Made by a program: the position numbers and the translations under genes. DNA of 36,990 nt from a virus (lineage: Duplodnaviria > Caudoviricetes), in IMG/VR virus record IMGVR_UViG_3300017754_002147, positions 1-36,990 of that record; one strand, written 5' to 3'. Of the stretch, positions 8,310-17,027 are shown piece by piece (position 1 is the first letter of the stretch; each line of letters starts with the position of its first letter). The notes under the pieces are model-generated. The model saw nothing but the letters and a program-made list of their open reading frames with translations, was not told the origin of the DNA and did no database searches.

Positions 8310-10670
8310 ATGGCAAAACGAATGACCGAGGACGAGCTGCGGGCGCTCACGGACGCAGAGATGCGCCTGGCGGTCGGCTATTGGTCTGGGAAGCTAGCGA
8401 ACCAGCGCCAAAAGGCGATGAGCTACTACCTCGCCGAGCCGAAGTGGGACTTGGCCCCGCCGGAAGTCGAGGGCCGCTCGTCGGTGGTCGCGCCGGTCGT
8501 TCGCAACACCATCGAGTCGATGCTGCCGCAGTTGATGGTGAAGTTCGCCGGCAGCGACACGGTCGTGGAGTTTGAGCCCAACAAGCCGGGCGACGAGGGT
8601 AAGGCTGCGACCGCCACGGATTACATCAACTACCTCTACAACGTCCGCAACCACGGCGAGCGGGTGAGCTACGTCTGGATGAAGGACGCGCTGCTCTCCA
8701 AGAACGGCTTTATCAAGGTCTGGTGGGACACGAGAAACGAGGAGACGCGCGAGGAGTACATCGGCCTGACGGACATTGAGCTGGCGCAGCTCATGGACGA
8801 CGAGGAGGTCGAGGTCACCGAGCAAAAGAGCTACCCGGACGAGGAGGACGCCGAAGAGCGCCAGAAGCACCTCGAGCAGCTCCAGCAGCAACTGGACCGG
8901 GCGCTGGACGCCGCGCAGCAAAACCCGCAGGCCGCGCAGGCGGTGCAGCAGCTCCAGCAGCAGATGGCGCAAGTGCAGCAGATGCCCCCGAAGCTGCTCT
9001 TCGACGTGGTCTGCAAGCGCACCAAGGACGGCGGCCGGATTCGGGTCGAGAACGTCCCGCCGGAAGAAATGCTGGTCTCACGCAAGGCCAAGACGCTGGC
9101 TGACGCGCAGTTCGTGGGCCACCGCGTCTCGCGCACGGTGAGCGAGCTCAAGAGTATGGGCTACCCGGCCAGCGTGGTGGACAACATCACCAGCGACGAC
9201 CAGGCCGCCGCGCTCAACATGGAGCGCATCGAGCGGCTGTCCTACGACGACGAGCTGGCCTACCTGAACACCGACACCGTCCAGAGCATGGACGAGTCGC
9301 AGCGCATCGTCTGGGTGACCGAGTGCTACCTGCGGGTGGACTACGACGGCGACGGCATTGCCGAGCTTCGCAAGGTCGTGCGCGCCGGCAATCAGGTGCT
9401 CGAGAACGAGATTGTCGACTGCATCCCGTTCGTGGGCATCACGCCGGTTCCGATGCCGCACAAGCTCTTCGGCCTGTCGATTGCCGACTTGGCGCTGGAA
9501 TCGCAAAAGATTGAGACCGCGCTGCTGCGCGGCGTGCTGGACAACACCTACCTCGCCATCAATGGCCGCTATTTCGCGGTCGACGGGCAGGTGAACCTCG
9601 ACGACCTGCTCACCTCCCGGCCGGGTGGTGTGGTGCGGGTCAAGCAGCCCGGTGCCGTGGGTCGGCTGGATACGGGCTCGGGCGACGCGCAGCTCGGGCT
9701 CGGAATGCTTGAGTACATGAAGGGCTTCAACGAGGACAGCACGGGCTGGACTCGCTACAACCAGGGCTCGGACGGCGACACGCTGAACCAGACCGCCACG
9801 GGCGTGAATCTGGTGACCAGCCGCGCCGATATGCGCCTCGACCTGATTGCCCGCAACTTCGCCGACGGATTCCGCGACCTGTTCCGCTTGATGCTGAAGC
9901 TGGTGAGCCAGTACCAGCAGAAAGAGGACGTGGTAAAGCTGCGTGGGCAATGGGTGCCGGTCAATCCGCGTGAATGGCGCAATGGGTTTGACTGCGTCAT
10001 CAACGTCGGTCTGGGTACGGGCAACAAGGACCAGCAGGTCGGCCACCTGATGGCGCTCCTTCAGCAGCAGCAGTTCGGCCTGCAAGTGGGCACCGCCACG
10101 CCGATGAACGTGCTTGAAGCGCAGAAGGAGCTTGCCAAGGCGATGGGCTTTAAGTCCGCCGACAAGTTCTTCCAGGCACCGCAAGGTCCGCCGCCGAATC
10201 CGGCGCAAGCGCAGATGCAAGCCGAGCAGGCCAAGCTGCAAGCGCAAGCGCAGATTGAAGCGCAGAAGATGCAGATGCAGCAGCAGACCGACATCGTGCG
10301 TCAGCGTGCCGAGATGGAGCAGCACCAGGCGAAGGTGGCCGCCGAGGCCCAGCTCGCGCAGATGGAAGCGCAGCTCAAGGCGGAGCTGGAGCGCGCCAAG
10401 CTCGACTCCGAGCGCTGGAAAGCGCAGCTTGAATCGAACACGCGCATCTACCTTGAGCAGATGAAGCTCGGCCTGGTGGACCCGGCCTCGGTGCCGGAGC
10501 TGGTCAACCCGGAGACCAAGCCGGTGACGGTCCAGCTTCAGGAGTCGATGGCGCAGACGCAGTCGGCCATTGCCGAGACGCTGGGCGCGCTGCGTGCAGC
10601 GATTGACCACATGAGAGCGCCGCGACGAATCATCCGCGACGAAAACGGTAAAGCCCAAGGGGTTGTCTGA
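8310..10670 (+). CDS. Portal protein (P22-like, long Gln-rich coiled-coil C-terminus)
   Basis: 786 aa after terL; DALLSKNGFIKVWW, NLDDLLTSRPGGVVRVK, NQTATG. Confidence 0.9.
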   Translation: MAKRMTEDELRALTDAEMRLAVGYWSGKLANQRQKAMSYYLAEPKWDLAPPEVEGRSSVVAPVVRNTIESMLPQLMVKFAGSDTVVEFEPNKPGDEGKAATATDYINYLYNVRNHGERVSYVWMKDALLSKNGFIKVWWDTRNEETREEYIGLTDIELAQLMDDEEVEVTEQKSYPDEEDAEERQKHLEQLQQQLDRALDAAQQNPQAAQAVQQLQQQMAQVQQMPPKLLFDVVCKRTKDGGRIRVENVPPEEMLVSRKAKTLADAQFVGHRVSRTVSELKSMGYPASVVDNITSDDQAAALNMERIERLSYDDELAYLNTDTVQSMDESQRIVWVTECYLRVDYDGDGIAELRKVVRAGNQVLENEIVDCIPFVGITPVPMPHKLFGLSIADLALESQKIETALLRGVLDNTYLAINGRYFAVDGQVNLDDLLTSRPGGVVRVKQPGAVGRLDTGSGDAQLGLGMLEYMKGFNEDSTGWTRYNQGSDGDTLNQTATGVNLVTSRADMRLDLIARNFADGFRDLFRLMLKLVSQYQQKEDVVKLRGQWVPVNPREWRNGFDCVINVGLGTGNKDQQVGHLMALLQQQQFGLQVGTATPMNVLEAQKELAKAMGFKSADKFFQAPQGPPPNPAQAQMQAEQAKLQAQAQIEAQKMQMQQQTDIVRQRAEMEQHQAKVAAEAQLAQMEAQLKAELERAKLDSERWKAQLESNTRIYLEQMKLGLVDPASVPELVNPETKPVTVQLQESMAQTQSAIAETLGALRAAIDHMRAPRRIIRDENGKAQGVV

Positions 10671-11041
10671 TGGCGGTGACGTACACAACGGCGGTCAAGA
10701 ACGCACGACTGGATGCGGTGGTGACGGCGATCGGCTCGGCGGGCGTGCTGGAGATTGGCACGACCGGCATGGGGTCGGTGCTGGCGACGATTGCGCTGGG
10801 CAACCCGGCCGGGACCACCTCGGGCGGCGTGCTGACCTTCAGCGGATTCCCGCGCAGCGACACCAGCGCCGATGCAACCGGCACCGCAGCCGCAGCGCGC
10901 ATTCGCACCGCCAGCGGCGGCACGGACATCATCACCGGGCTCACCGTGGGCACGAGCGGTTCGGACATCAACCTGGACTCGGTCAGCATCACCACCGGCC
11001 AGACGGTCACCATCAATAGCGCGACCATCACGCACGCCTGA
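10670..11041 (+). CDS. Putative virion structural protein (small, beta-rich)
   Basis: T/G/A-rich; ADATGTAAAARI...DINLDSVSITTGQTVTI; TGATG coupling to portal. Confidence 0.7.
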   Translation: MAVTYTTAVKNARLDAVVTAIGSAGVLEIGTTGMGSVLATIALGNPAGTTSGGVLTFSGFPRSDTSADATGTAAAARIRTASGGTDIITGLTVGTSGSDINLDSVSITTGQTVTINSATITHA

Positions 11042-11043
11042 CG

Positions 11044-12252
11044 ATGGCCCATGTTCTAAAGCCTCGCGTCGCTGAGACCAGCACGACAACAGGCACCGGC
11101 GCGTTCACGCTCTCGGGCGCGCTCACCGGCCACCAGCGCTTCTCTGACGTTTGCTCAACGAGCGACACGACCGAATACGTCATCGTCGCCGAGGACGGGA
11201 CGTGGGAGGAGGGCTTTGGCACTTACTCGTCGGCCAACACGCTCACGCGCACGACCGTCAGCGGCAGCTCCAACGCGGGCGCTGCGGTGAACTTCGCCGC
11301 CGGCAACAAGACCGTGCTGATGACGCCACAAGCGTCTCGAGTGGGCGGCATCCCGCGTTCAAGCGCGCTCATGAAGGGCGACGGAGCGGGCGCTCTCTCG
11401 GCAGCTTCTGCCGGCACGGACTACCAGGCGGCCATCACCGCCTCTGGCGTACTGAAGGGCGCAGGCAGCGGTTCGGTGAGCGCTGCTACGGCAGGGACGG
11501 ACTACCTTGCGCCGCCGTCTGGTACGGCGATTCTGAAGGCCAACTCCGGCGGGGCGCTTGCCAACGCGGTGGCCGGAACGGATTACGTCGCGCCGGGCGG
11601 TGCGTTGGGCACCCCATCCTCGGGCACGGTGACCAACCTTACCGGCACGGCCAGCATCAACATCAACGGCACGGTGGGAGCGACAACGCCAACCACGGGC
11701 GCGTTTACCTCCATTACGTCAACCAGCGCGTCGGGGGTTTTGACCCGTGCCGCCGCTACGCAAGACGGTGTCGCGCTGGTTGGTCGGGCCGGAGGCACGA
11801 GTTCGTATGAAGTCACGCTGACGCCGACCACGCTGGCCGCAGACCGCACGATTACGCTGCCGGATGCTTCAGGCGTTGCGGTGCTGGATACCGCAACGCA
11901 GACCCTGACCAACAAGACGCTGACGGACCCGACCATTGTCGGCGCAATTCTTGAAGACGTTTTCACCATCACCGACGGCGCGTCTGTCGACATCAACCCC
12001 AGCAACGGAACAATTCAGGTCTGGACGCTAGGTGCATCGCGCACGCCAACCGCGACCAACTTCCTCGCTGGCGAATCCATCACGTTGATGGTTGATGATG
12101 GCACCGCCTACACGATTACATGGACCACAATCGGCGTGGTGTGGGAAACAGACGGCGGCACAGCCCCCACGCTTAGCACCAGCGGATACACCACTATTGT
12201 GTTGTGGAAAGTAGGGTCAACCGTTTATGGCGCTCGCGTGGGGAATGCCTGA
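11044..12252 (+). CDS. Fibre-like virion protein with repeats and C-terminal adaptor-like domain
   Basis: RVAETSTTTGTG N-terminus, three xAGTDY repeats, TQTLTNKTLT motif. Confidence 0.75.
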   Translation: MAHVLKPRVAETSTTTGTGAFTLSGALTGHQRFSDVCSTSDTTEYVIVAEDGTWEEGFGTYSSANTLTRTTVSGSSNAGAAVNFAAGNKTVLMTPQASRVGGIPRSSALMKGDGAGALSAASAGTDYQAAITASGVLKGAGSGSVSAATAGTDYLAPPSGTAILKANSGGALANAVAGTDYVAPGGALGTPSSGTVTNLTGTASININGTVGATTPTTGAFTSITSTSASGVLTRAAATQDGVALVGRAGGTSSYEVTLTPTTLAADRTITLPDASGVAVLDTATQTLTNKTLTDPTIVGAILEDVFTITDGASVDINPSNGTIQVWTLGASRTPTATNFLAGESITLMVDDGTAYTITWTTIGVVWETDGGTAPTLSTSGYTTIVLWKVGSTVYGARVGNA

Positions 12253-13271
12253 TGCTGACGAGGATGTTGTCAGCGGCAAAAGCTGCAAAACGGGTTGATG
12301 TTGCCGTAGCGCATTTCACCACTCCATACATCACCGTTTACCCCTGGAGCAACGGGTTTGGCGCCAAATATGCCAACCCGGCAACATTGCCGACGGGAGA
12401 CGCTTACGGCGTGGCTTTTTCTCCTTCTGGAAATGCTATTGCGGTCGCTCATGCTACGAGCCCGTATGTCACCGCATATCCTTGGAATCAGGGGTTTGGC
12501 ACTAAATTTACCAATCCAAGCACGCTCCCAACCGGGCAAGCGTCTACTGTAGCCTTTACTCCGGCAGGCGATGCAATTGCCGTGGCTCACAATACCAACC
12601 CGCAAGTTTCCGTATATCCTTGGAGCACTTCTGGGTTTGGCACTAAGTATGCAAATCCCGGAACACTTCCGGCGGGGCAAGGCAGAGGCGTAGCATTTTC
12701 ACCCTCTGGCGACACAATTGCTGTCGCCCACGGAACTTCGCCCCTTATTAGTGCCTACCCTTGGAGTGCGGGGTTTGGCACCAAATACGCAAACCCTGCA
12801 ACGCTACCTACCGGTACAGGTTTTTCGATAACTTTTAATCCGGCAGGAACTGTTGTCGTTATTGCCCACAACACGACACCTTTTGTTTCCGCCTACCCTT
12901 GGAGTGCGGGGTTTGGAACTAAATACGCAAACCCGGCAACGCTACCCGCTGGCAATGCGCGTGGCGTGAAATTCTCTCCGTCTGGCAATGACTTTGCCGT
13001 AGCGCACAACGCCACTCCATTCATATCGGTGTATCCGTGGAGCGGCGGGTTTGGGGCCAAGTACTCAAACCCATCTTCAGCCCCAGCCGGCGCGGCTAAT
13101 GGATGGTCGTCTGATTTTTCCTTTTCAGGAAATACAATTGTTATCGGATATGACGTTACGCCTTATGTTCAGGCCTACCCTTGGAGTTCGGGTTTCGGTT
13201 CCAAATATGCCGACCCGGCCACGTTGCCTGCTGGTAGCAGTAGGGGCGTAGCGTTTTCACCGGAATACTGA
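12252..13271 (+). CDS. Repetitive beta-propeller protein (about 7 blades), candidate receptor-binding or adhesin protein
   Basis: ~44-aa repeats AVAHxTxPxxxxYPWSxGFGxKYxNPxTLP...FSPxG; more AT-rich codons than flanks. Confidence 0.8.
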   Translation: MLTRMLSAAKAAKRVDVAVAHFTTPYITVYPWSNGFGAKYANPATLPTGDAYGVAFSPSGNAIAVAHATSPYVTAYPWNQGFGTKFTNPSTLPTGQASTVAFTPAGDAIAVAHNTNPQVSVYPWSTSGFGTKYANPGTLPAGQGRGVAFSPSGDTIAVAHGTSPLISAYPWSAGFGTKYANPATLPTGTGFSITFNPAGTVVVIAHNTTPFVSAYPWSAGFGTKYANPATLPAGNARGVKFSPSGNDFAVAHNATPFISVYPWSGGFGAKYSNPSSAPAGAANGWSSDFSFSGNTIVIGYDVTPYVQAYPWSSGFGSKYADPATLPAGSSRGVAFSPEY

Positions 13272-13274
13272 AAC

Positions 13275-13511
13275 ATGAAAAAAGAAATCTTGCTTGCCGC
13301 CCTTGAACAACGCCAGCAAGAGGTTCTTGGCTATCAAATTAACATCGACAACTACACGTTGGCTGTCAAGCACATTGATTCTTTAGGCGACCCGGAGTTG
13401 CAGGATTTCAAGGGGAATCTAATAGAACTACTGGCAACAGAAAAGCTTGAGCAAAAAAAAGCAAAAGTCATCCTTGCGGTGATTGAGCGGCAACTTGCGG
13501 AACTGCAATGA
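13275..13511 (+). CDS. Small coiled-coil hypothetical protein
   Basis: 78-aa ORF, AT-rich like the propeller gene. Confidence 0.7.
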   Translation: MKKEILLAALEQRQQEVLGYQINIDNYTLAVKHIDSLGDPELQDFKGNLIELLATEKLEQKKAKVILAVIERQLAELQ

Positions 13512-14062
13512 GCCTGTACGTCCTAGCTCCGGGCGGAATGCTTCAGCGGTATCCGTACAACGCGGTTGACCTGCGCGCAGATAACCCAAACGTCAGCTTC
13601 CCCGTGCCGATGCTTGACGAGCGGCTGGCGGAATGGGGTGTGCTTCCGGTCACGAAAGTGCCGTTGCCGGCTTTTGACCAAGCTACGCAAAAACTGCTGG
13701 AAGAGCAGCCCGTCAACATCGGCGGAACGTGGACGCAGGTGTGGTCCGTTGTCGCGCTGGACGCGGACGAGCTCGAGGCCAAGCGGCAGCAGGTACGCGG
13801 TGAGATTTCCGACGCGGTGCAGGCGCGGCTTGACGCTTTTGCCCAGTCCCGTGGATACGACAACATTGTCTCGGCCTGCTCTTACGCCACCAGCACGCAC
13901 GCGAAGTACGGCCCTGAGGGGCGCTACTGCGTAAGCGCGCGCGAGGCAACGTGGGATGCACTCTTTGCAATAGAGGCCGACGTTATTGCAGGAAACCGCC
14001 CCATGCCTGCGGGCTACGAGGACATCAAAGCCGAGCTGCCGGCGCTTGTCTGGCCGGTGTAA
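13508..14062 (+). CDS. Fibre-associated / tail fibre assembly-like protein
   Basis: YPY...LRADNPNVSFP N-terminus; VQARLDAFAQSRGYDNIVSACSYA...LPALVWP C-terminus. Confidence 0.65.
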   Translation: MSLYVLAPGGMLQRYPYNAVDLRADNPNVSFPVPMLDERLAEWGVLPVTKVPLPAFDQATQKLLEEQPVNIGGTWTQVWSVVALDADELEAKRQQVRGEISDAVQARLDAFAQSRGYDNIVSACSYATSTHAKYGPEGRYCVSAREATWDALFAIEADVIAGNRPMPAGYEDIKAELPALVWPV

Positions 14063-14065
14063 ATC

Positions 14066-14848
14066 ATGGCGGCGTTGAACGGCTCCGGCGCGATTGGTTC
14101 GCTGCCGATTGGCGCGGCGGCGATTGGCAGCGGGGTCTCTGCGCCGATTACCGGCAGCCTGGCGGTCACCGAGGCTGGAAGCGACAGCGCAGCAGCTAGC
14201 GGCAAGGTACTCGTCCAAGGCTCGCTGGTCGTCACCGAGACGGGCCAGGACACATTCTCGGGCAGCGGCGGGAGTCAGGTCTCCGGCACTTTAGCGGCCA
14301 CCGAAACCGGCGCGGATACCGCCTCAGGCAGCGGCAAAGTCATCGTTGCCGGGTCGCTGGCCGGGGCCGAGCAGGGACAGGATGTTTTCTCGGGCTCGGG
14401 CGGCTCAAGCACCGTCACCGGCACGCTGGCAGCGACCGAGACCGGCGAGGACGTGTTCTCTGCCGACTCAAGCAGGAAGGCCGGCGGCTACGACTACAAG
14501 AGCAGGAAGCGCTACTACGTCCGCGTAGGCGACCGGATTCTTGGGTTCGCTACTGCACGAGAGGCGACCGCAGCGCTGCCAAAAGACAAGCCGGCCGAAG
14601 CTCAGGCCGACACGGTGGAGTCGACGGACGCGCCGGACGAAGTGCTTGCCGACACCGACCAGGCGCCGGTGGAGCCGCAGCCTGTGGAGGTGCTGCCGCT
14701 TGCGGAGCTGCTCGCCTATGCCGACGTGTTGGCCGAGCGCGAGAAAGTCCGCGCCATGCTCCGGCGCAATGAGTACGAGGCGCTCGCGCGGGTCTACGAG
14801 ACGTGGCGCGATGAGGAAGACGTTGAACTCCTGCTGGTGTCCCTATGA
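14066..14848 (+). CDS. Putative virion protein with N-terminal GxLxxTExGxD repeats and acidic C-terminus
   Basis: Five ~22-aa repeats; ends DEEDVELLLVSL. Confidence 0.65.
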   Translation: MAALNGSGAIGSLPIGAAAIGSGVSAPITGSLAVTEAGSDSAAASGKVLVQGSLVVTETGQDTFSGSGGSQVSGTLAATETGADTASGSGKVIVAGSLAGAEQGQDVFSGSGGSSTVTGTLAATETGEDVFSADSSRKAGGYDYKSRKRYYVRVGDRILGFATAREATAALPKDKPAEAQADTVESTDAPDEVLADTDQAPVEPQPVEVLPLAELLAYADVLAEREKVRAMLRRNEYEALARVYETWRDEEDVELLLVSL

Positions 14849-15198
14849 TTGAACAATTCGTGGCGCTGCTGTTTCTGGCGCGAGACATGGCGCACCGCGC
14901 GCACCTCACCACCGACTCCTACGCCAAGCACATGGCGCTCGGGGAGTTCTACGAAGCGCTGCCGGAGCTGGCCGACAGCCTGGCGGAAACGTGGCAGGGG
15001 CTCAACGACCGGCTGGGCGAGATTCCCCTGCTCGAGAACAAAGCCGGCACCGACATCGTGAAAGCGCTTCAAGCCCAGCGTGCGTGGATTGAACGCAACC
15101 GCCGGGAGCTTGGCAACAGCACGACCATTCAGAACATCGTGGACGAGATTGTCCAACGGTACGGGCAAACCCTCTACAAACTGCGTTTTCTGGGATAA
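14845..15198 (+). CDS. Ferritin/Dps-like four-helix protein
   Basis: AHRAHL...SYAKHMALGEFYE...DSLAE...YKL pattern. Confidence 0.7.
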   Translation: MIEQFVALLFLARDMAHRAHLTTDSYAKHMALGEFYEALPELADSLAETWQGLNDRLGEIPLLENKAGTDIVKALQAQRAWIERNRRELGNSTTIQNIVDEIVQRYGQTLYKLRFLG

Positions 15199-15201
15199 GA
15201 C

Positions 15202-15489
15202 ATGGCGCAATCCACCATCCTCGCGGCCGCCAAAACTGCGGCCACCTCCACCGATGTAACCGTCACCGCCGGCACCCCGGTGACCATTGGCGTGTTCTCG
15301 GCCACCTACGGGCGCGTGCCGCATGACGCGCTCTTCACCGTCTACGCCGACACGCCGGGCGCGGACAACGTCTGGGCGGTGCTCACCGATGAGAGGCGCG
15401 CGGTGACCATTGAGGCGCCTGGCACCTATCGGGTCAAGCGCACCGTCTACAGCACGGGTGAATCGTTCGGCGTGTATCTGGAGACCTGA
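15202..15489 (+). CDS. Hypothetical beta-rich protein
   Basis: 95-aa ORF in operon. Confidence 0.65.
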   Translation: MAQSTILAAAKTAATSTDVTVTAGTPVTIGVFSATYGRVPHDALFTVYADTPGADNVWAVLTDERRAVTIEAPGTYRVKRTVYSTGESFGVYLET

Positions 15490-15782
15490 TGAGCCCTGAG
15501 GAGCGCATCTACAACGGCGACCGCGCCCGCGAAGTGCTGGAGAACGAAGCCTTCCGGGCTGCCTTTGAAGCCATCGAACAGGACATCACCGACCAATGGA
15601 AGAACAGCCCCGCCCGCGCCGAGGCCGACCGCGAAAAATTGTGGACGTACCTGCAACTGCTGAACAAGTTGAAGGCCAACCTGCAATCGACGATGGAGAC
15701 CGGCAAGTTGACGCAGCTCGAGATGGCGCACAAGAGCGGCTGGCTCCAGCGGATGACTGGAGTGTTTTCGCAAGCCGAGTGA
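15489..15782 (+). CDS. Small helical head-assembly-region protein
   Basis: TGATG coupling; typical position before scaffold. Confidence 0.7.
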   Translation: MSPEERIYNGDRAREVLENEAFRAAFEAIEQDITDQWKNSPARAEADREKLWTYLQLLNKLKANLQSTMETGKLTQLEMAHKSGWLQRMTGVFSQAE

Positions 15783-15953
15783 TTGCCCGGCAGATGCGCG
15801 CCGGCGACGTTCGCACCGTGTGGCATCCCAGCCCCGGCTGCGAGCTGCTGGTGACCGACAACGGCAACGTGCGTGTGGTGGTCGGTGAGCAGCGCGCCCA
15901 GGTCTCGGACGCCTCATTCGTAGAACTCTGACGGTCGCGTAACCCGTCACAGC

Positions 15954-16012
15954 AAGCCCGCCTCGTGCGGGCTTTTTTGTTGCGCGCAAGAACCCGCTTC
16001 GGCGGGTTTTTT
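15954..16012 (+). terminator. Two tandem intrinsic terminators
   Basis: AAGCCCGC-CTCGT-GCGGGCTTTTTT and AACCCGC-TTCG-GCGGGTTTTTT. Confidence 0.8.
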
Positions 16013-16028
16013 CATTTGGGAATCCAGA

Positions 16029-16949
16029 ATGGACAATCCGGCAACGGAATCCAAAGAGCTCAACACCGACACCGCCGCCGAAGCGTTCGCGGAACTCATC
16101 GAGCAGGAAGACCAGGGCGAACAGCCCGCAGCGGAAGACACGCCCGCCGAGGCGCCCGCTGAAGAGCCTGCCGAGCAAGAGCAGCAAACCGAAGAAGACC
16201 CGCTCGTCACCATCAAGGTCGATGGCAAGGACGTGCAGGTTCCTCTGAGTGAGCTGAAGAACGGCTACCAGCGCCAAGCGGACTACACCCGCAAGACGAT
16301 GCAGGTGGCCGAAGAGCGCAAGGCAGCGGAGGCAGAGCGTCAGCAGGCGCTCGCCGAGCGGCAACAGTACGCGGGCAATCTGCAAAAGCTTCAGGCGCAG
16401 ATTGAAGGCGCACTAGCCCAACAACAGAACATCGACTGGCAGCAACTGCTGGAGAACGACCCTCAGGCCTACCTGAAAGAGCGACACCTCTGGGAACAGA
16501 GACAAGCCGCCCTACAGCAAAACCTGACGGCGCAACAGCACATCGCTGCACAGATGCAGGCCGAGCAGGCTCGCGCGTTCCAAGGCCACCTTCAGGCGCA
16601 GCAGGAGCAACTCCTTGCCAAGCTGCCGGAGTGGAAAGACGCGGAGAAGGCGAAGGCCGAAAAGACCGCCCTTCGGGAATACCTCAAGTCCCAAGGGTAC
16701 GACGAGCAATCGGTGAACAGCGTGGCAGACGCACGCGCGGTGCTGATGGCCCGTAAAGCAATGATGTACGACCAGATGATGAGCAAGGCGCAGGCCGCTC
16801 AGAAGAAGGTCAGCACGTTGCCGACGCGGGTTCAGCAACCGGGCAATGGCGCCAACCCCGGCCTTGACCGGCGCGCCAGCGCGTACCAGCGACTGACCAA
16901 GAGTGGTCGGGTCGAGGACGCTGCTGCGGTGTTCGCATCCCTTCTTTAG
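16029..16949 (+). CDS. Capsid scaffolding protein
   Basis: Acidic N-terminus, IKVDGKDVQVPLSELKNGYQRQADYTRKT, C-terminal KSGRVEDAA; precedes capsid gene. Confidence 0.88.
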   Translation: MDNPATESKELNTDTAAEAFAELIEQEDQGEQPAAEDTPAEAPAEEPAEQEQQTEEDPLVTIKVDGKDVQVPLSELKNGYQRQADYTRKTMQVAEERKAAEAERQQALAERQQYAGNLQKLQAQIEGALAQQQNIDWQQLLENDPQAYLKERHLWEQRQAALQQNLTAQQHIAAQMQAEQARAFQGHLQAQQEQLLAKLPEWKDAEKAKAEKTALREYLKSQGYDEQSVNSVADARAVLMARKAMMYDQMMSKAQAAQKKVSTLPTRVQQPGNGANPGLDRRASAYQRLTKSGRVEDAAAVFASLL

Positions 16950-16961
16950 TAGGAACAAAAA

Positions 16962-17027
16962 ATGGCAGCTCCTAGCGGAACTTTCCTGACGACTGCGGCG
17001 ATTGGCAACCGTGAAGATTTGACGGAT
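16962..17027 (+). CDS. Major capsid protein exon 1 (MAAPSGTFLTTAAIGNREDLTD)
   Basis: AGGA RBS, ATG 16962; GNREDL motif of SU10/DUF5309-type capsids; in-frame TGA immediately after. Confidence 0.9.

Noticed and set aside
9078-10688. Long antisense ORFs (also 18165-19367, 24365-25582, 25530-26681, 26879-28042)
   Set aside because: Shadow frames of GC-rich sense genes with no recognisable motifs
11044-13271. Diversity-generating retroelement or invertible fibre cassette
   Set aside because: No reverse transcriptase or invertase seen, and no template/variable repeat pair differing at adenines; the repeats are protein blades
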